Source: Catajapyx aquilonaris (taxonomy: Eukaryota). From it: a stretch of DNA of 36,671 nt. Each line of letters starts with the position of its first letter. Position 1 is the first letter of the stretch. Positions 36,101-36,671 of the stretch are shown here, one piece after another. Position numbers and translations under genes: made by a program. A model generated the notes under the pieces. It saw only the letters and a list, made by a program, of their open reading frames with translations. It was not told where the DNA came from and did not search any database. The stretch is from NCBI GenBank assembly GCA_000934665.2, contig JYFJ02003902.1, positions 1 to 36,671 on the forward strand. The letters run 5' to 3'.

Positions 36101-36575
36101 AGGAGGGAATTTATGTACCGATCGGGGAATGACAATGGCGTTTGAGGTTTGACGTGTACCGGCATGGTTCGAACCTCCGGCACCTGTCGGTGTCGTTTTT
36201 CATACTCGGTAAATGGATCTGGAGTGCAATGTCGTTGCGGTATTCGTGCCAAGTTGGTGCCAATAAAACGCAATGTTCAGCTGCTGGAAAGTGACGCGGG
36301 AATTACTGTCCTCAAAGGTACGCTTAATTCGTGACAACCAGTCGGTAAATGGAAGGCGGCTGCCGGAGCCAATCAAATCATTTCTTGGCGCGACTGCTCC
36401 CGGCGATGTGTTCCGCCTAAGTTGTTTGCAAGGTAACATGCAGCCCTGTCGGTGACGTGATTCAATTCAGCCAATGACGTGGTTGGATTATGTGACCAAC
36501 CGAGCTGCCAACATGCGGCACTGTCCAACTCCACATCGTAGTACAGTCCTAATTACAGTGCTGTAAATTAATCTA

Positions 36576-36595
36576 CAACAACAACAACAACAACA
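36576..36595. repeat. (CAA)n microsatellite
   Basis: About 6 CAA units seen directly. Confidence 0.85.
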
Positions 36596-36671
36596 TCACG
36601 ACATTTCCCTATGAGGGGTAGTCAGCGATGAAGGGAGATGCAAGCTAACCCAACATATGAACTAATAAAAC

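Noticed and set aside
1..36671. CRISPR arrays, tRNA/rRNA/snRNA/snoRNA genes, transposase or reverse transcriptase ORFs, selenoprotein/SECIS
   Set aside because: None recognised by eye. An Infernal/Rfam scan would be needed to exclude intronic snoRNAs.

Overview
Gene-dense eukaryotic genomic DNA with GT-AG introns. An insect or other arthropod source is inferred from the protein sequences; it is not prokaryotic. Manual exon assembly with phase checks gives seven genes in order: MCRS1 (-, 1567-4569); TTC32-like TPR gene (-, 5667-6524, absent from the ORF track); CLPTM1L (+, 7213-10478); MRPL42 (+, 11138-11545); CDK10 (-, 12147-13887); septin-7/peanut (+, about 14683-29790); and the first exon(s) of alpha-catulin (+, from 32162, continuing beyond the window). 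There are also a small Tc1/mariner-pogo-type MITE and simple repeats. I found no wholly new gene system. The most interesting structure is the combinatorial septin gene: two candidate first exons, a 21-nt microexon, a tandem acceptor, a 45-nt cassette exon flanked by Rbfox motifs, and three in-phase terminal exons each with its own AATAAA. Also notable are a tandemly expanded lysine-rich CLPTM1L tail, a long hairpin in the CDK10/septin bidirectional promoter, and probable MRPL42/CDK10 3' overlap. Homology calls come from recalled family motifs, not from database searches.
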